Under the pieces are notes generated by a model. The model was given only the letters and a program-made list of their open reading frames with translations, was not told the origin of the DNA and searched no databases. DNA of 64,000 nt, taken from Planctomycetota bacterium. GTDB taxonomy: Bacteria > Planctomycetota > UBA8108 > SXIK01. Positions 19,560 to 28,283 of this stretch are shown here, piece by piece. The stretch is taken from NCBI GenBank assembly GCA_965223845.1, contig CBDCXR010000004.1:288001-352000 (forward strand), given 5' to 3'. Every line of letters begins with the position of its first letter. Within the stretch, counting starts at the first letter, position 1. The position numbers and the translations under genes were made by a program.

Positions 19560-19933
19560 GTTTTGGCGAGTGGGGCGGTTCGGGGCTTGGACGACCGGGC
19601 GTCAGAGCGGGCGAACGGGGTGAAATGCGGGCGAGTGTCCCTCAGGTTGCCCTCTTCTATTGGGGGGACTATCCGACGCGGGGTGTGCAAACTCGTGACG
19701 AGGCGCCATTCGCTTGGAGTAAACGTCTCGAAGTGGGATTCGCGGTGCGGTTGACTCGAACCTGGGAAGCTACCCAACGACCTGGGATCCGTACGCGGAC
19801 GCCACGAAAGACGGAGAGGCGCGAGTGAATCGCCGCGAATTGAATTAGTGGGAACGAACGGCCCGACGAATTCGCATTCGGGTTCTCCCCGGAATGTCGA
19901 TCGGGCCGTCGCGTGCGGTTTTCGGAGGTGAAG

Positions 19934-20473
19934 ATGAGCGGAGTCGATCTCGTCGCCGAGGAATATCAATGCTCCGACGTTGCTGCCAGTGTCATCAGAA
20001 TCCTTGTCACCCGATCTGAGGACGGGCGCAGGGCGGACCCGACGATTCAGATTTCTGAAGCGGCATCCCTGCTAGACACGGATGCGGAGCGGGTCGTAGA
20101 CGCAGCGGCTGAACTCAACGGGCGCGTCGAATTGCGGCGGCAAGATGGTCAGCCAGGCGGCTGGGATCTTCTTCCGACGCCGGCGTGTTTCGCGGAATTC
20201 GATGGATTCTTCAAGGACTGGGATCCGCGGCAAGACGCGGAACGCGTCGTTCGCGAGCTCACGCGCGACGGCAGACAGAGCGCGAGTAGCACACAGATCG
20301 CAGAGCAACTCGAATGGCCCCCTCGTCGCGTGAACCCGGCCCTTTCGTATCTGATCGAGAACGGTCTTGTGGACTGGAGTCGCTCGATCAGCGCGGTCCC
20401 TTACATCACGTCGGGGCTGATCGCGACGCCAGAGACACGGAACTTTGTCCCCCACGCCGAAATCTTTGCCTGA
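19934..20473 (+). CDS. Hypothetical protein with winged-HTH-like segments
   Basis: GGAGGT RBS; STQIAEQLEWPPRRVNPALSYLIENGLVD is HTH-like. Confidence 0.65.
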   Translation: MSGVDLVAEEYQCSDVAASVIRILVTRSEDGRRADPTIQISEAASLLDTDAERVVDAAAELNGRVELRRQDGQPGGWDLLPTPACFAEFDGFFKDWDPRQDAERVVRELTRDGRQSASSTQIAEQLEWPPRRVNPALSYLIENGLVDWSRSISAVPYITSGLIATPETRNFVPHAEIFA

Positions 20474-20543
20474 TGATCGAGAGATCCAAGTAGAGGAATT
20501 CGCCGGACCGTAGTGGCGGCCGAGCCGCCAGAAAGGACCGGAG

Positions 20544-20995
20544 ATGGTCGGCGAGTTTGAGGATTGCGGAGAGCGGGAACGTGAGCGGGACTCGGGCGGT
20601 TGCAGTGACCGAGAGGACGCCTGGGACCCTGCGGCGCGAGAGGGCGAGGGTCTCGAGGAGACGCTCGTCGAAAGCGGCTATGAGGAGACGGAAATCGAGT
20701 ACGTGTGTTCTTGTCCGAGAACGCGGGATCCCAGACGCAGGAGACCGATTTTGAGAATTCTGGAGTTTTACACTACGAGGAGCAGCAAAGAGGGTGCGAT
20801 GAAGTTTGTATCACGGTGCGGGTTGGGCTCGCCGTGACCTCCGGCGACAGTGGCGGCATTAGCGTGAAGACTTCTCCGAAGGGCGGGCCGGATGTGTCGT
20901 TCAGTTTTTCAAATCCGACAGGAACATTGGGGAGTTTTACGAAAACGTTGGGGACGTGGTGTTGGAGTTGCAAGGAGGTGGTTGATCTGCAATAG
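20544..20995 (+). pseudogene. Probable orphan polymorphic-toxin C-terminal fragment, frameshifted
   Basis: ORFs 20544-20837 and 20705-20995 join into one Cys-rich acidic peptide if one base is restored at ~20717 (CSCP-ENAGSQ). It precedes an immunity-like gene and has a G/T skew like the Rhs tip. Confidence 0.45.
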
Positions 20996-21306
20996 CGATT
21001 ATCGGGACCGGGAGGAGATTAACAGTTTCCTCGGTCCCGAACCCTCGCTTTGGAGTGCGCTTGCGGCGACCAGGGCGGAGTGCAGGTCGATTTTCGTTAA
21101 GCGGAAGCGGGCGATTCGGGGGTCGAGGAAAGCGAAGGGCGGGCGCTTGCGTCGTCGGGAGACAGGGCGTGAGAGTTTTGATCCTTGGTCGAGTCAGGCG
21201 TTGTGGCTATCAAGCTGATCTGCGGCGGCTCGTTCGCGTCGCCGCTGCTGGGGCGTGGTTAGGGTAGTTCTCCGTGTTTTGAGTATGTCTTGAATCCTAC
21301 TGGGAA

Positions 21307-21819
21307 TTGATCGGAACGCGTGTTTTGATTCGTGACCAAGCAGGGGCGACCCGTCGTTTTCCAATACGCGCGGTTCTCGGAGTCGTGATGATTCCGTGGA
21401 TTGCTTTGATCATATTCTTCGGGTTGCGTTACTGTAAGACGGTTGATCAATCACGTACTTCTATTCTCTATGGTATTTCGACTTCTTCTCACGAATCCAG
21501 AGAAGCGGAAGTGGTCAAGGTGGCAGTGGCGTGCGAGCAGTTTTTGACTGCGGCGGGTTTTTCGCCGAGGGTGGGTTCTACTTTTACGACGTGGGAGCGG
21601 CGGTCGCGCGGGGGCGCTTTGGCGATTACGGTTATAGTTGGGGAGAATTCCCTTCGTGGCAGCTGGACAGTAAAGGTCCGGTGGCGGTTTCGGGGACCGC
21701 ATTATCGTTATTTGCGGTGTACGCGTGAAATGCGTCTTGTGGTTGATGGTTTGAACCGGGCAATTGCTTCTGGGGTCGAGAAAGGTGCAAGGATCCTAAA
21801 GACGACGATTTCAGAATAG
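21307..21819 (+). CDS. Membrane-anchored hypothetical protein, candidate immunity
   Basis: 170 aa with an N-terminal TM helix, low GC, and the same position relative to the repeats as 17740-18315. Confidence 0.55.
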   Translation: MIGTRVLIRDQAGATRRFPIRAVLGVVMIPWIALIIFFGLRYCKTVDQSRTSILYGISTSSHESREAEVVKVAVACEQFLTAAGFSPRVGSTFTTWERRSRGGALAITVIVGENSLRGSWTVKVRWRFRGPHYRYLRCTREMRLVVDGLNRAIASGVEKGARILKTTISE

Positions 21820-21821
21820 AC

Positions 21822-22033
21822 AAGAGTCCAGAAGAGTCCAGAAGCGTGAAGAGCCCCGGAACCCGGCATTCGGCATCGGTACGCGTGAAATGCGTCTTGT
21901 GGTTGATGGTTTAGAAGAGTCCCGGAACCCGGTGCCCGTCCGAATTGACCGGGTGCATTTCGAAATGCGTACGACCGAGCCCCGGAACCCGGTGCCCCTC
22001 CGAATCGACTGGGTTCATTTGCAGATGCGTACG
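21822..22033. repeat. REP-like repeat cluster, set 2
   Basis: AAGAGTCCAG x2 (21822-21841). GAGYCCCGGAACCCGG occurs at 21851, 21917 and 21977; the last two start tandem ~60-bp units ending in ATGCGTACG. Confidence 0.8.
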
Positions 22034-22227
22034 TAATAAAGCTTATATTCACGAGGGGGGCGCCGTCCCGTCGTCGCCTCGATCGCACGCCGTCACGACG
22101 GAATCAACGGAGGTTCAGAGGGGACGCCAAGTTCTCGATCGGGAACCGTCGAACTGAAGGCAGTCGTTCCCCACCCAGCCGCCGGCTCTTGGCGCGCGCG
22201 AGACCTGAACGAGCTGGTTCGGCCGTC

Positions 22228-22435
22228 CTACGGGGCGGCTGGAACCGCCCCTGAGAGCATCGGGTCACACTTCTGGCGGTGGAAGACCCGCATCCAGTAC
22301 GTCCCGGGGGGAAAGACGAGGTTTTCGACGCCGGCGCGATACAGCTCGAGCGCAGCTCGATAGCGATCGCGCCGAGAAACCCGGGTCCCTCCATTTCGAT
22401 TTCGGCGCGGCACTCCGCTTCTCGCTCGGCGACTC
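22228..22435 (-). pseudogene. Second, internally deleted 3' fragment of the same transposase family
   Basis: YRAALELYRAGVENLVFPPGTYWMRVFHRQKCDPMLSGAVPAAP is nearly identical to the end of 18648-19095. Confidence 0.7.
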
Positions 22436-22449
22436 GTCCTCAAGACGAT

Positions 22450-22585
22450 CTACTCGATCAGGTCGCGAAGGTGCGCCTCGGGATTGATCCGGAGCCGACG
22501 GTCTCTGCGAGGGAGAATGCGTCGCCGCTCGAGGTCCTGCGTCCGGATGCCCGACCACCAGCCAGTTCTTCTGACCGATCACGAA
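22450..22585 (-). pseudogene. IS66-family transposase (TnpC) C-terminal remnant
   Basis: IGQKNWLVVGHPDAGPRAA, then frameshifted FSLAET..INPEAHLRDLIE; resembles IS66 IGRKNWLF...YSLIET...P.AYL.D. Confidence 0.65.
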
Positions 22586-22703
22586 TCCACGAAGTATGGT
22601 CGATGCCGCGGTGATCGCGCCCGCCTCACCATCAAGAGCGCGCGGACCTCAGAGGAAGGCTTTGTCGGCTGATCATGGAATCCTTCAGGTTCTTCGGACT
22701 CAA

Positions 22704-24242
22704 TCACGGGAACCGCACCGTGGCGACGACGTCATTCACCGCGCCGAGGTGCGAGACCGTCATACCGACGTCCGAGAAGGCGAAGATATAATCGTCGATG
22801 AAAGCGGATCGACGGAGGCCATCGGCCATGCGCACCCAAAAGGTGATGTGGGGTTCCCCGTCGAGTCTCGCGAAGCCATCTCGCGGACTCACCTTGTAGA
22901 CAAGGATACCCGAGAGCCCATCCCGTTCGTTTCGTGCCTCGAGAGCCACGGGAAACGCGAGGAGATCGTGGCTCGAATAGAACGTAAGCGCTCGATGATC
23001 GCGCTCCGCTCGAGACGAGAAGGCCGCGGGAAGTCGCGCATCGTGCCTCAGTGTCGGATTCGCTGGATCCGACACATCGAACATCTGAACCTGGAGACCA
23101 CCGACCCGCCCGAGATCGTCTCCGTCGCTGCCGGTACGACCCAAACCGACAAGATGATCGTCACCGAACGGATGGAGGTAGGTGGAGAACCCCGTGATGT
23201 GTAGCTCACCCATCACTCGCGGTGTCGCGGAATCCGACAGATCGATGGTAAAGAAGGGATCGCGAATGCCCTTCCGGGTAACCAGGTAGCCTCGATCCCC
23301 TGCGTACCGAATAGCGGAAAGACACTCTTCCGGCGCGAGCCCTCGCAGTTCTCCCACGCTCGAGAGCTCGCTACCATTCCTCTCGAGCACAAACACGTTG
23401 TTCGCTTCGACCGTACCCTCCACGGTTCCCGACGACCGGTCCGTGGTGGCGACGCGGAGAAACCCATCGTGTTCCGACATGGAGAACTGTGAAAGAATCC
23501 TCCCGCGAACCACGCCAGAAGCCTCGTAGACCGGAGAGCCGCCGTTCAGGTCGAACCGGTGAATCCGAGTTGCGGCAACGCGCAAACCGGTTCGCAGCCA
23601 CGTTCGCGTGTCCTGCGCGATGTAGATCGAGCTTCGGGAACCGTAAACCGTCCAACCGCGAGCGAGAAGATCAACGTCCGCGAGCACTTCGCTCTGGCGG
23701 ACGGCCAGACTGGACGGGTCGATTCCCAAGACGCTCAGCACACCGCGGTCGCCGGGGTTACCGTCTCGCGGGTAGCGAATCGTCGCGAGATAGACGACAC
23801 CGTCGACCGAGCGTCCACCGATGAACGATCCCTCGAGGTCGAAACGGGATTCGATCCGCGGCCGAGCCGGGTCACTCATATCGAGCACGGTGATCCGGGT
23901 GGCGGAGAACGTCGCCGCATCGGAGTCCTGGAGGACCATCGTCAGCGCTATGAGCCGGTCGCCGACCAGGAACATCGAGTCGCCGCGTCCTTCGAGCTCC
24001 GCGGTTGCCGCTAGCTCGCTTCGCGGGGGTGGCCACGCATCGGTGACATAGAGGGTCGAGTCCGCGATGTAGAAGACGTATTCACCGTTCGTCTTCAGTA
24101 GATCCGGCTCGTCCACGCCTGCTTCCTGCACGTTGGTCGTCGTAAAGCTCGACGGACCCGCGGGTTCGTCTGACGCAAAGTGGCCGCGGCCCGTCGCGAT
24201 CAAAACGAGCAGAGTGAGAGCGCAGGATCTTCGATACAACAT
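22704..24242 (-). CDS. Secreted beta-propeller domain protein (Beta_propel family)
   Basis: Signal peptide; TTNVQEAGVDEPDLLKTNG, SQFSMSEHDGFLRVATT, GELHITGFSTYLHP. Confidence 0.88.
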   Translation of the reverse strand: MLYRRSCALTLLVLIATGRGHFASDEPAGPSSFTTTNVQEAGVDEPDLLKTNGEYVFYIADSTLYVTDAWPPPRSELAATAELEGRGDSMFLVGDRLIALTMVLQDSDAATFSATRITVLDMSDPARPRIESRFDLEGSFIGGRSVDGVVYLATIRYPRDGNPGDRGVLSVLGIDPSSLAVRQSEVLADVDLLARGWTVYGSRSSIYIAQDTRTWLRTGLRVAATRIHRFDLNGGSPVYEASGVVRGRILSQFSMSEHDGFLRVATTDRSSGTVEGTVEANNVFVLERNGSELSSVGELRGLAPEECLSAIRYAGDRGYLVTRKGIRDPFFTIDLSDSATPRVMGELHITGFSTYLHPFGDDHLVGLGRTGSDGDDLGRVGGLQVQMFDVSDPANPTLRHDARLPAAFSSRAERDHRALTFYSSHDLLAFPVALEARNERDGLSGILVYKVSPRDGFARLDGEPHITFWVRMADGLRRSAFIDDYIFAFSDVGMTVSHLGAVNDVVATVRFP

Positions 24243-24266
24243 TTCACTCTCCTTTTGGCGACGTTC

Positions 24267-25433
24267 TCATGTTCTGGAGAACAGTTCGGTAATTGCCGAG
24301 TCGTCCCCGAATCCGTAACGAGCGCCATCGATACCGAAGGCCCACAGAACCGTATTTAGGACCTGACGGCTCGAGAAAACCTGACCTCTCGTCGGCTCCC
24401 AGGAATCCGGATCGACGTCTCCGACTACGGTGCCTGGACGAATGGCTCCACCGCCGACGGGAAAGGTCTGGTAGCGGCACGCGTTGGTGCCCCGGTGGTC
24501 GCTGCCGCCGGTTCGATTGAAGCCCGTGCGCGGCGATGTGTTGTCCCGCCCGAACTCGGACACGCCCAGGACCATGGTGTGGTCCCAGAACGTTCCCCCG
24601 AGTGGGTGAAGGCTGTTTGTCAGCGCGAAGTGGAGGCCCTGAAGAGCCCGACCGTACGAGCGCATGAGGCGTTCGAACGTCGCCTGCTCTCCCTCGTGCG
24701 TGTCGTACCCGGGCACTCCGACGGCGACCGCGGGACTCCCACGTTCGATCAGCTTGGCAGCGAGCGCGACGCGCGGTCCCCAGAGTTCGTCGTCGGCGAA
24801 GATCTCACGCGCCAGCGGGCTCGCACGGATTTCGCTGTGCCCGGTACGCTCGAAGAAGTCGCGTCCCGAGAGGACCTTGGGCTCTGCAATGCGCCATCTT
24901 CCCGGTGCAGCCCCGAACACCCACGCGGTCTCACCGACGATGAATGCCGGGATGCCCCGATCCAGACCGATTTCCCAGTTGATGATCGTGTGAAGTCCGA
25001 CTCCTCCAGTGGGATCGCCGGTACCCATGCGGAGGTACCCCGTTCCGTGTCCACCGTCACCACGCGGCGCCCCGGGTGTGTGATCGACACTACCGAGGAC
25101 CGAGTACGTGTCGGAGAGTTCGGCGAGGCTCGGAATCGTGCGGCCCAGGCTGGGGATCGGGACGCGTGCGTCGTCGAAGATGGCTCCGACGCGCCAACCG
25201 CGGCTTCCCGGACTCACGCCGTAGGGATTGAATTGACGGTGCGTGGCTGCGTGAAACGCCGCGCTCGAGCGCAGGCCGCCTCCCGCGTACATGAGGATCA
25301 GGTGCTTGACCGGTGCGTCCGGTCGAGTCTGCGCCCAACCACGTCGAGTCCAGGGGCCGGGCCAGGTGATCGCGCCCGCCGTCGCCAACGCGGCGCCGAC
25401 GAATTGCCTGCGCGTCGCGGTTCTCTTTCGCAT
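24267..25433 (-). CDS. Tat-exported DUF1501-like protein
   Basis: TRRQFV twin-arginine signal; LILMYAGGG, GYDTH, VSEFGR and GSDH motifs. Confidence 0.82.
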   Translation of the reverse strand: MRKRTATRRQFVGAALATAGAITWPGPWTRRGWAQTRPDAPVKHLILMYAGGGLRSSAAFHAATHRQFNPYGVSPGSRGWRVGAIFDDARVPIPSLGRTIPSLAELSDTYSVLGSVDHTPGAPRGDGGHGTGYLRMGTGDPTGGVGLHTIINWEIGLDRGIPAFIVGETAWVFGAAPGRWRIAEPKVLSGRDFFERTGHSEIRASPLAREIFADDELWGPRVALAAKLIERGSPAVAVGVPGYDTHEGEQATFERLMRSYGRALQGLHFALTNSLHPLGGTFWDHTMVLGVSEFGRDNTSPRTGFNRTGGSDHRGTNACRYQTFPVGGGAIRPGTVVGDVDPDSWEPTRGQVFSSRQVLNTVLWAFGIDGARYGFGDDSAITELFSRT

Positions 25434-25569
25434 GGAGACGTGTCCAGTTCGGGTGATGGGTCGGGATCCACTCCATTTGGAAGGGTAGAAGCGCTCGCCG
25501 CGTGGCCCTTCGATCTCTAACGATTCTTCTTTCGTTCCATCTGAAGGCGACGTGGCCCCACGATTCGGC

Positions 25570-27129
25570 TCAGCGGTAATGGCATCGCTCTGACAGGCAC
25601 CGCCTCGCCAACTCGACCGCGCGCTGCGCGCATACAGCCGCGGATCCACCCTCTTTGAGGCACATAAGGAAACGGTGTCGAACGAGGCGAGCACAACGTT
25701 CCTCGCAATGCGGTGAGGGAGGCTGTTCGCACGGCCCTTCGAACAGCACATCGGCGCCGCTGCAGCGAGCCTCGCAGCGGTTGTCGTAGGTCACTCCGTC
25801 CGACCCGCACACCGGGTCGTAGATATCGGGGCAAACACAGTCCTCGCACTCACCCTCGTGGGCGATGTCGACACCGGCACAGCGAGCGAAGCATGCGTTG
25901 GCATAGGTGATTCCGTCGACGCCACAGACTGGATCGTAGATCTCGGGGCAAACACAGTCCTCGCACTCACCCTCGTGGGCGATGTCGACACCGGCACAGC
26001 GAGCGAAGCAGGCGTTGGCGTAGGTGACTCCGTCGACGCCACAGACTGGGTCGTAGATCTCGGGGCAGACACAGTCCCCGCACTCACCCTCGTGCGCGAT
26101 GTCGACACCGGCACAGCGAGCGAAGCAGGCGTTGGCGTAGGTGACTCCGTCGACGCCACAGACTGGGTCGTAGATCTCGGGGCAGACACAGTCCCCGCAC
26201 TCACCCTCGTGCGCGATGTCGACACCGGCACATTGAGCGAAGCAGGCGTTGGCGTAAGTGATTCCGTCGACGCCACAGACTGGGTCGTAGATCTCGGGGC
26301 AGACACAGTCCTCGCATTCACCTTCGTGAGCGATGTCGACACCGGCACATTGAGCGAAGCAGGCGTTGGCGTAAGTGACTCCGTCGACGCCACAGACTGG
26401 GTCGTAGATCTCAGGGCAGACACAGTCCCCGCACTCACCCTCGTGCGCGATGTCGACACCGGCACATTGAGCGAAGCAGGCGTTGGCGTAAGTGACTCCG
26501 TCGACGCCACAGACTGGGTCGTAGATCTCAGGGCAGACACAGTCCTCGCATTCACCTTCGTGCGCGATGTCGACATCGGCACATTGAGCGAAGCAGGCGT
26601 TGGCGTAGGTGATTCCGTCAACGCCACAGACTGGGTCGTAGATTTCTGGGCAAACACAGTCCTCGCACTCCCCCTCGTGCGCGATGTCGACACCGGCACA
26701 GCGAGCGAAGCAGGCGTTGTCGTAGGTGATTCCGTCAACGCCACAGACTGGGTCGTAGATTTCTGGGCAAACACAGTCCTCGCATTCACCCTCGTGGGCG
26801 ATGTCGACCCCTGCACATTGAGCGAAGCAAGCGTTGTCGTAGGTGATTCCGTCAACGCCACAGACTGGATCGTAGACGAGGGGACAGACGCAGGGTTCGT
26901 TGCACTCGCAGGTTGGACAGCCGTCGGGTCCGAGCTCGTGGCCGAACTCGCAGAAAACACCGCAGGGCAGCGGTTCGCAGTCACCAGTGTCGTACGCGTC
27001 ATTCCCAACGATCTGCTCGTGTGCGTGCCCCTGTGGCCGCTGCACCCCGAAACCGGCGGCGAGCGCAACCATCAGCATCCCGAGAGTGATCCACCTGAAT
27101 CGAGCTGGTCTTGTCAGTTCTGCTAACAT
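25570..27129 (-). CDS. Secreted antistasin-like + 10x Kazal-type protease inhibitor protein
   Basis: GGAGG RBS and signal/TM segment; [26 protein letters not shown]; ten CVCPxxYDPVCGxDGxTYxNxCxAxC...GxC units. Confidence 0.92.
   Translation of the reverse strand: MLAELTRPARFRWITLGMLMVALAAGFGVQRPQGHAHEQIVGNDAYDTGDCEPLPCGVFCEFGHELGPDGCPTCECNEPCVCPLVYDPVCGVDGITYDNACFAQCAGVDIAHEGECEDCVCPEIYDPVCGVDGITYDNACFARCAGVDIAHEGECEDCVCPEIYDPVCGVDGITYANACFAQCADVDIAHEGECEDCVCPEIYDPVCGVDGVTYANACFAQCAGVDIAHEGECGDCVCPEIYDPVCGVDGVTYANACFAQCAGVDIAHEGECEDCVCPEIYDPVCGVDGITYANACFAQCAGVDIAHEGECGDCVCPEIYDPVCGVDGVTYANACFARCAGVDIAHEGECGDCVCPEIYDPVCGVDGVTYANACFARCAGVDIAHEGECEDCVCPEIYDPVCGVDGITYANACFARCAGVDIAHEGECEDCVCPDIYDPVCGSDGVTYDNRCEARCSGADVLFEGPCEQPPSPHCEERCARLVRHRFLMCLKEGGSAAVCAQRAVELARRCLSERCHYR
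25723..26892 (-). repeat. Coding tandem repeat, 10 x 117 bp
   Basis: Near-identical 39-codon Kazal units. Confidence 0.93.
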
Positions 27130-27631
27130 TGGACGTCCTCCGGAGATTTCGACGTGGGCAGGACGGACAGGGAGTCGAACCCAGCGCCAGACGTCGCCCG
27201 CCGGGAGAGAGCCCCTCCGAGGACGGACGTTGCTTCCTCGATAGTTTACTTCCGCCATCGGGCGCGCGGCGACCTCAGGGTTTCTCGCGACTTTTTCGGC
27301 CTCCTCTCTCGGCTTCCTCTCGAACGTGGTCTGCCGCGAGCGCGCTCTTCTGCGCGCGGGCGGCCGAGGAGGACTCGGGCGGGTCAGGACGGACACCTGA
27401 GGTGGGGGCGGCTCCAGCACGACATCCGTACCGTCGGAACACTGGGCGTCCAGCGAACGGCGGAGTGTTCAGCGGGAGTCAGTCCCGCCGCAGTACGAGC
27501 CAGAAACCGCGTAGCCAGGATAGCGCCGGCAAGAAAGCGTGCCACTCGCTACGAGCCAGCCTTCGCCCTGCGCAACCGGTCACGAAGAGGTGATCGCTCA
27601 GAGCCTCGTGCGCTTGGCGGATCGGTCGGAC

Positions 27632-27972
27632 TTACTCGATGGTAACGAGGTGCGAGCGGATCCATGCGGACAGTTCATCCTCAGACACCTTTCCCTTCGC
27701 GAGAAACTCCCGAAACTTCTCCGCGGGCGCTGCTTCGAGATCGGCCGAATTCAAGAGCAGAAATGTGCGAGTGACGACGAACGACGTTCGCTTGTTCCCG
27801 TCGACGAAAGGGTGGCCGGTCGAGATACCGAACGCGTAGGCGGCTGCGAGTGCGGCGAGATAGACTTCGCCGCTTTCCGCAAACGCGCGGCGATTCCTGG
27901 GGAGCGCGAGAGCGGCATCGAGTGCGCCACGATCACAGACTCCGGGGTGTCCTCCGTGCTCCGCGATATCGA
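27632..27972 (-). pseudogene. doc: Fic/Doc (death-on-curing) toxin, 5' truncated
   Basis: IAEHGGHPGVCDRGALDAALALP and HPFVDGNKRT. The normal N-terminus is replaced by island-end sequence, and there is no phd gene. Confidence 0.8.
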
Positions 27973-28024
27973 AAAAAAACGTGTTGTGCGTTTTCGTGCT
28001 CTCCCGGAGAGCTCGTCGCTCGAG

Positions 28025-28073
28025 TTGGAAAATCACCGCTCTCGCAAAGGGACCCAGGGTTCGAATCTTTGCC
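28025..28073 (+). repeat. Degenerate att repeat (tRNA-Ser 3' half)
   Basis: 41 of 49 bases match 6113-6161, including GGGACCCAGGGTTCGAATC. Confidence 0.85.
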
Positions 28074-28283
28074 GTGTCACGTCAAGACGCAGACTGCGCA
28101 AGGAGTCGCGAAGAATGGACGGCCGTGAGTGGCACTCGGAAGATCTCGCACGCGCGCGGCAGCCAACCTTGTCCGCCCTAATGAGTCTCGGGAGGGTGGT
28201 GCCGTCCGGGCAGACCGTCGGAGCGCGACGCGGTTCAATTCGCGGCGTCGAGAGCGTCAGTGAAAAACGCGCGTGCTCCCAGG

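Larger units (their letters stand above)
19499..28073. mobile_element. Genomic island 2 (older, no integrase) at the same tRNA-Ser site
   Basis: Left end is homologous to the left end of island 1. Right end has a 41/49 match to the tRNA 3' half, preceded by a 20/23 match to the island 1 right end. Confidence 0.8.

Noticed and set aside
21850-22033. Repeat-spacer-repeat as a canonical CRISPR array
   Set aside because: Only three imperfect repeats; the second interval is conserved element sequence rather than a spacer; no cas genes. Kept as a non-CRISPR finding.
11064-22435. Diversity-generating retroelement or retron explaining the 34-bp copy
   Set aside because: No reverse transcriptase motif is seen in the window, and the copy is exact with no adenine-specific changes.
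25723-26892. Regular repeat array as a possible CRISPR
   Set aside because: The 117-bp units are in-frame Kazal domains with no unique spacers and no cas genes. The alternative-frame ORFs 25791-27068 and 25858-27126 are by-products of the repeat.
6113-28073. Prophage or conjugative element
   Set aside because: No capsid, terminase, tail, relaxase or T4SS genes are recognisable.
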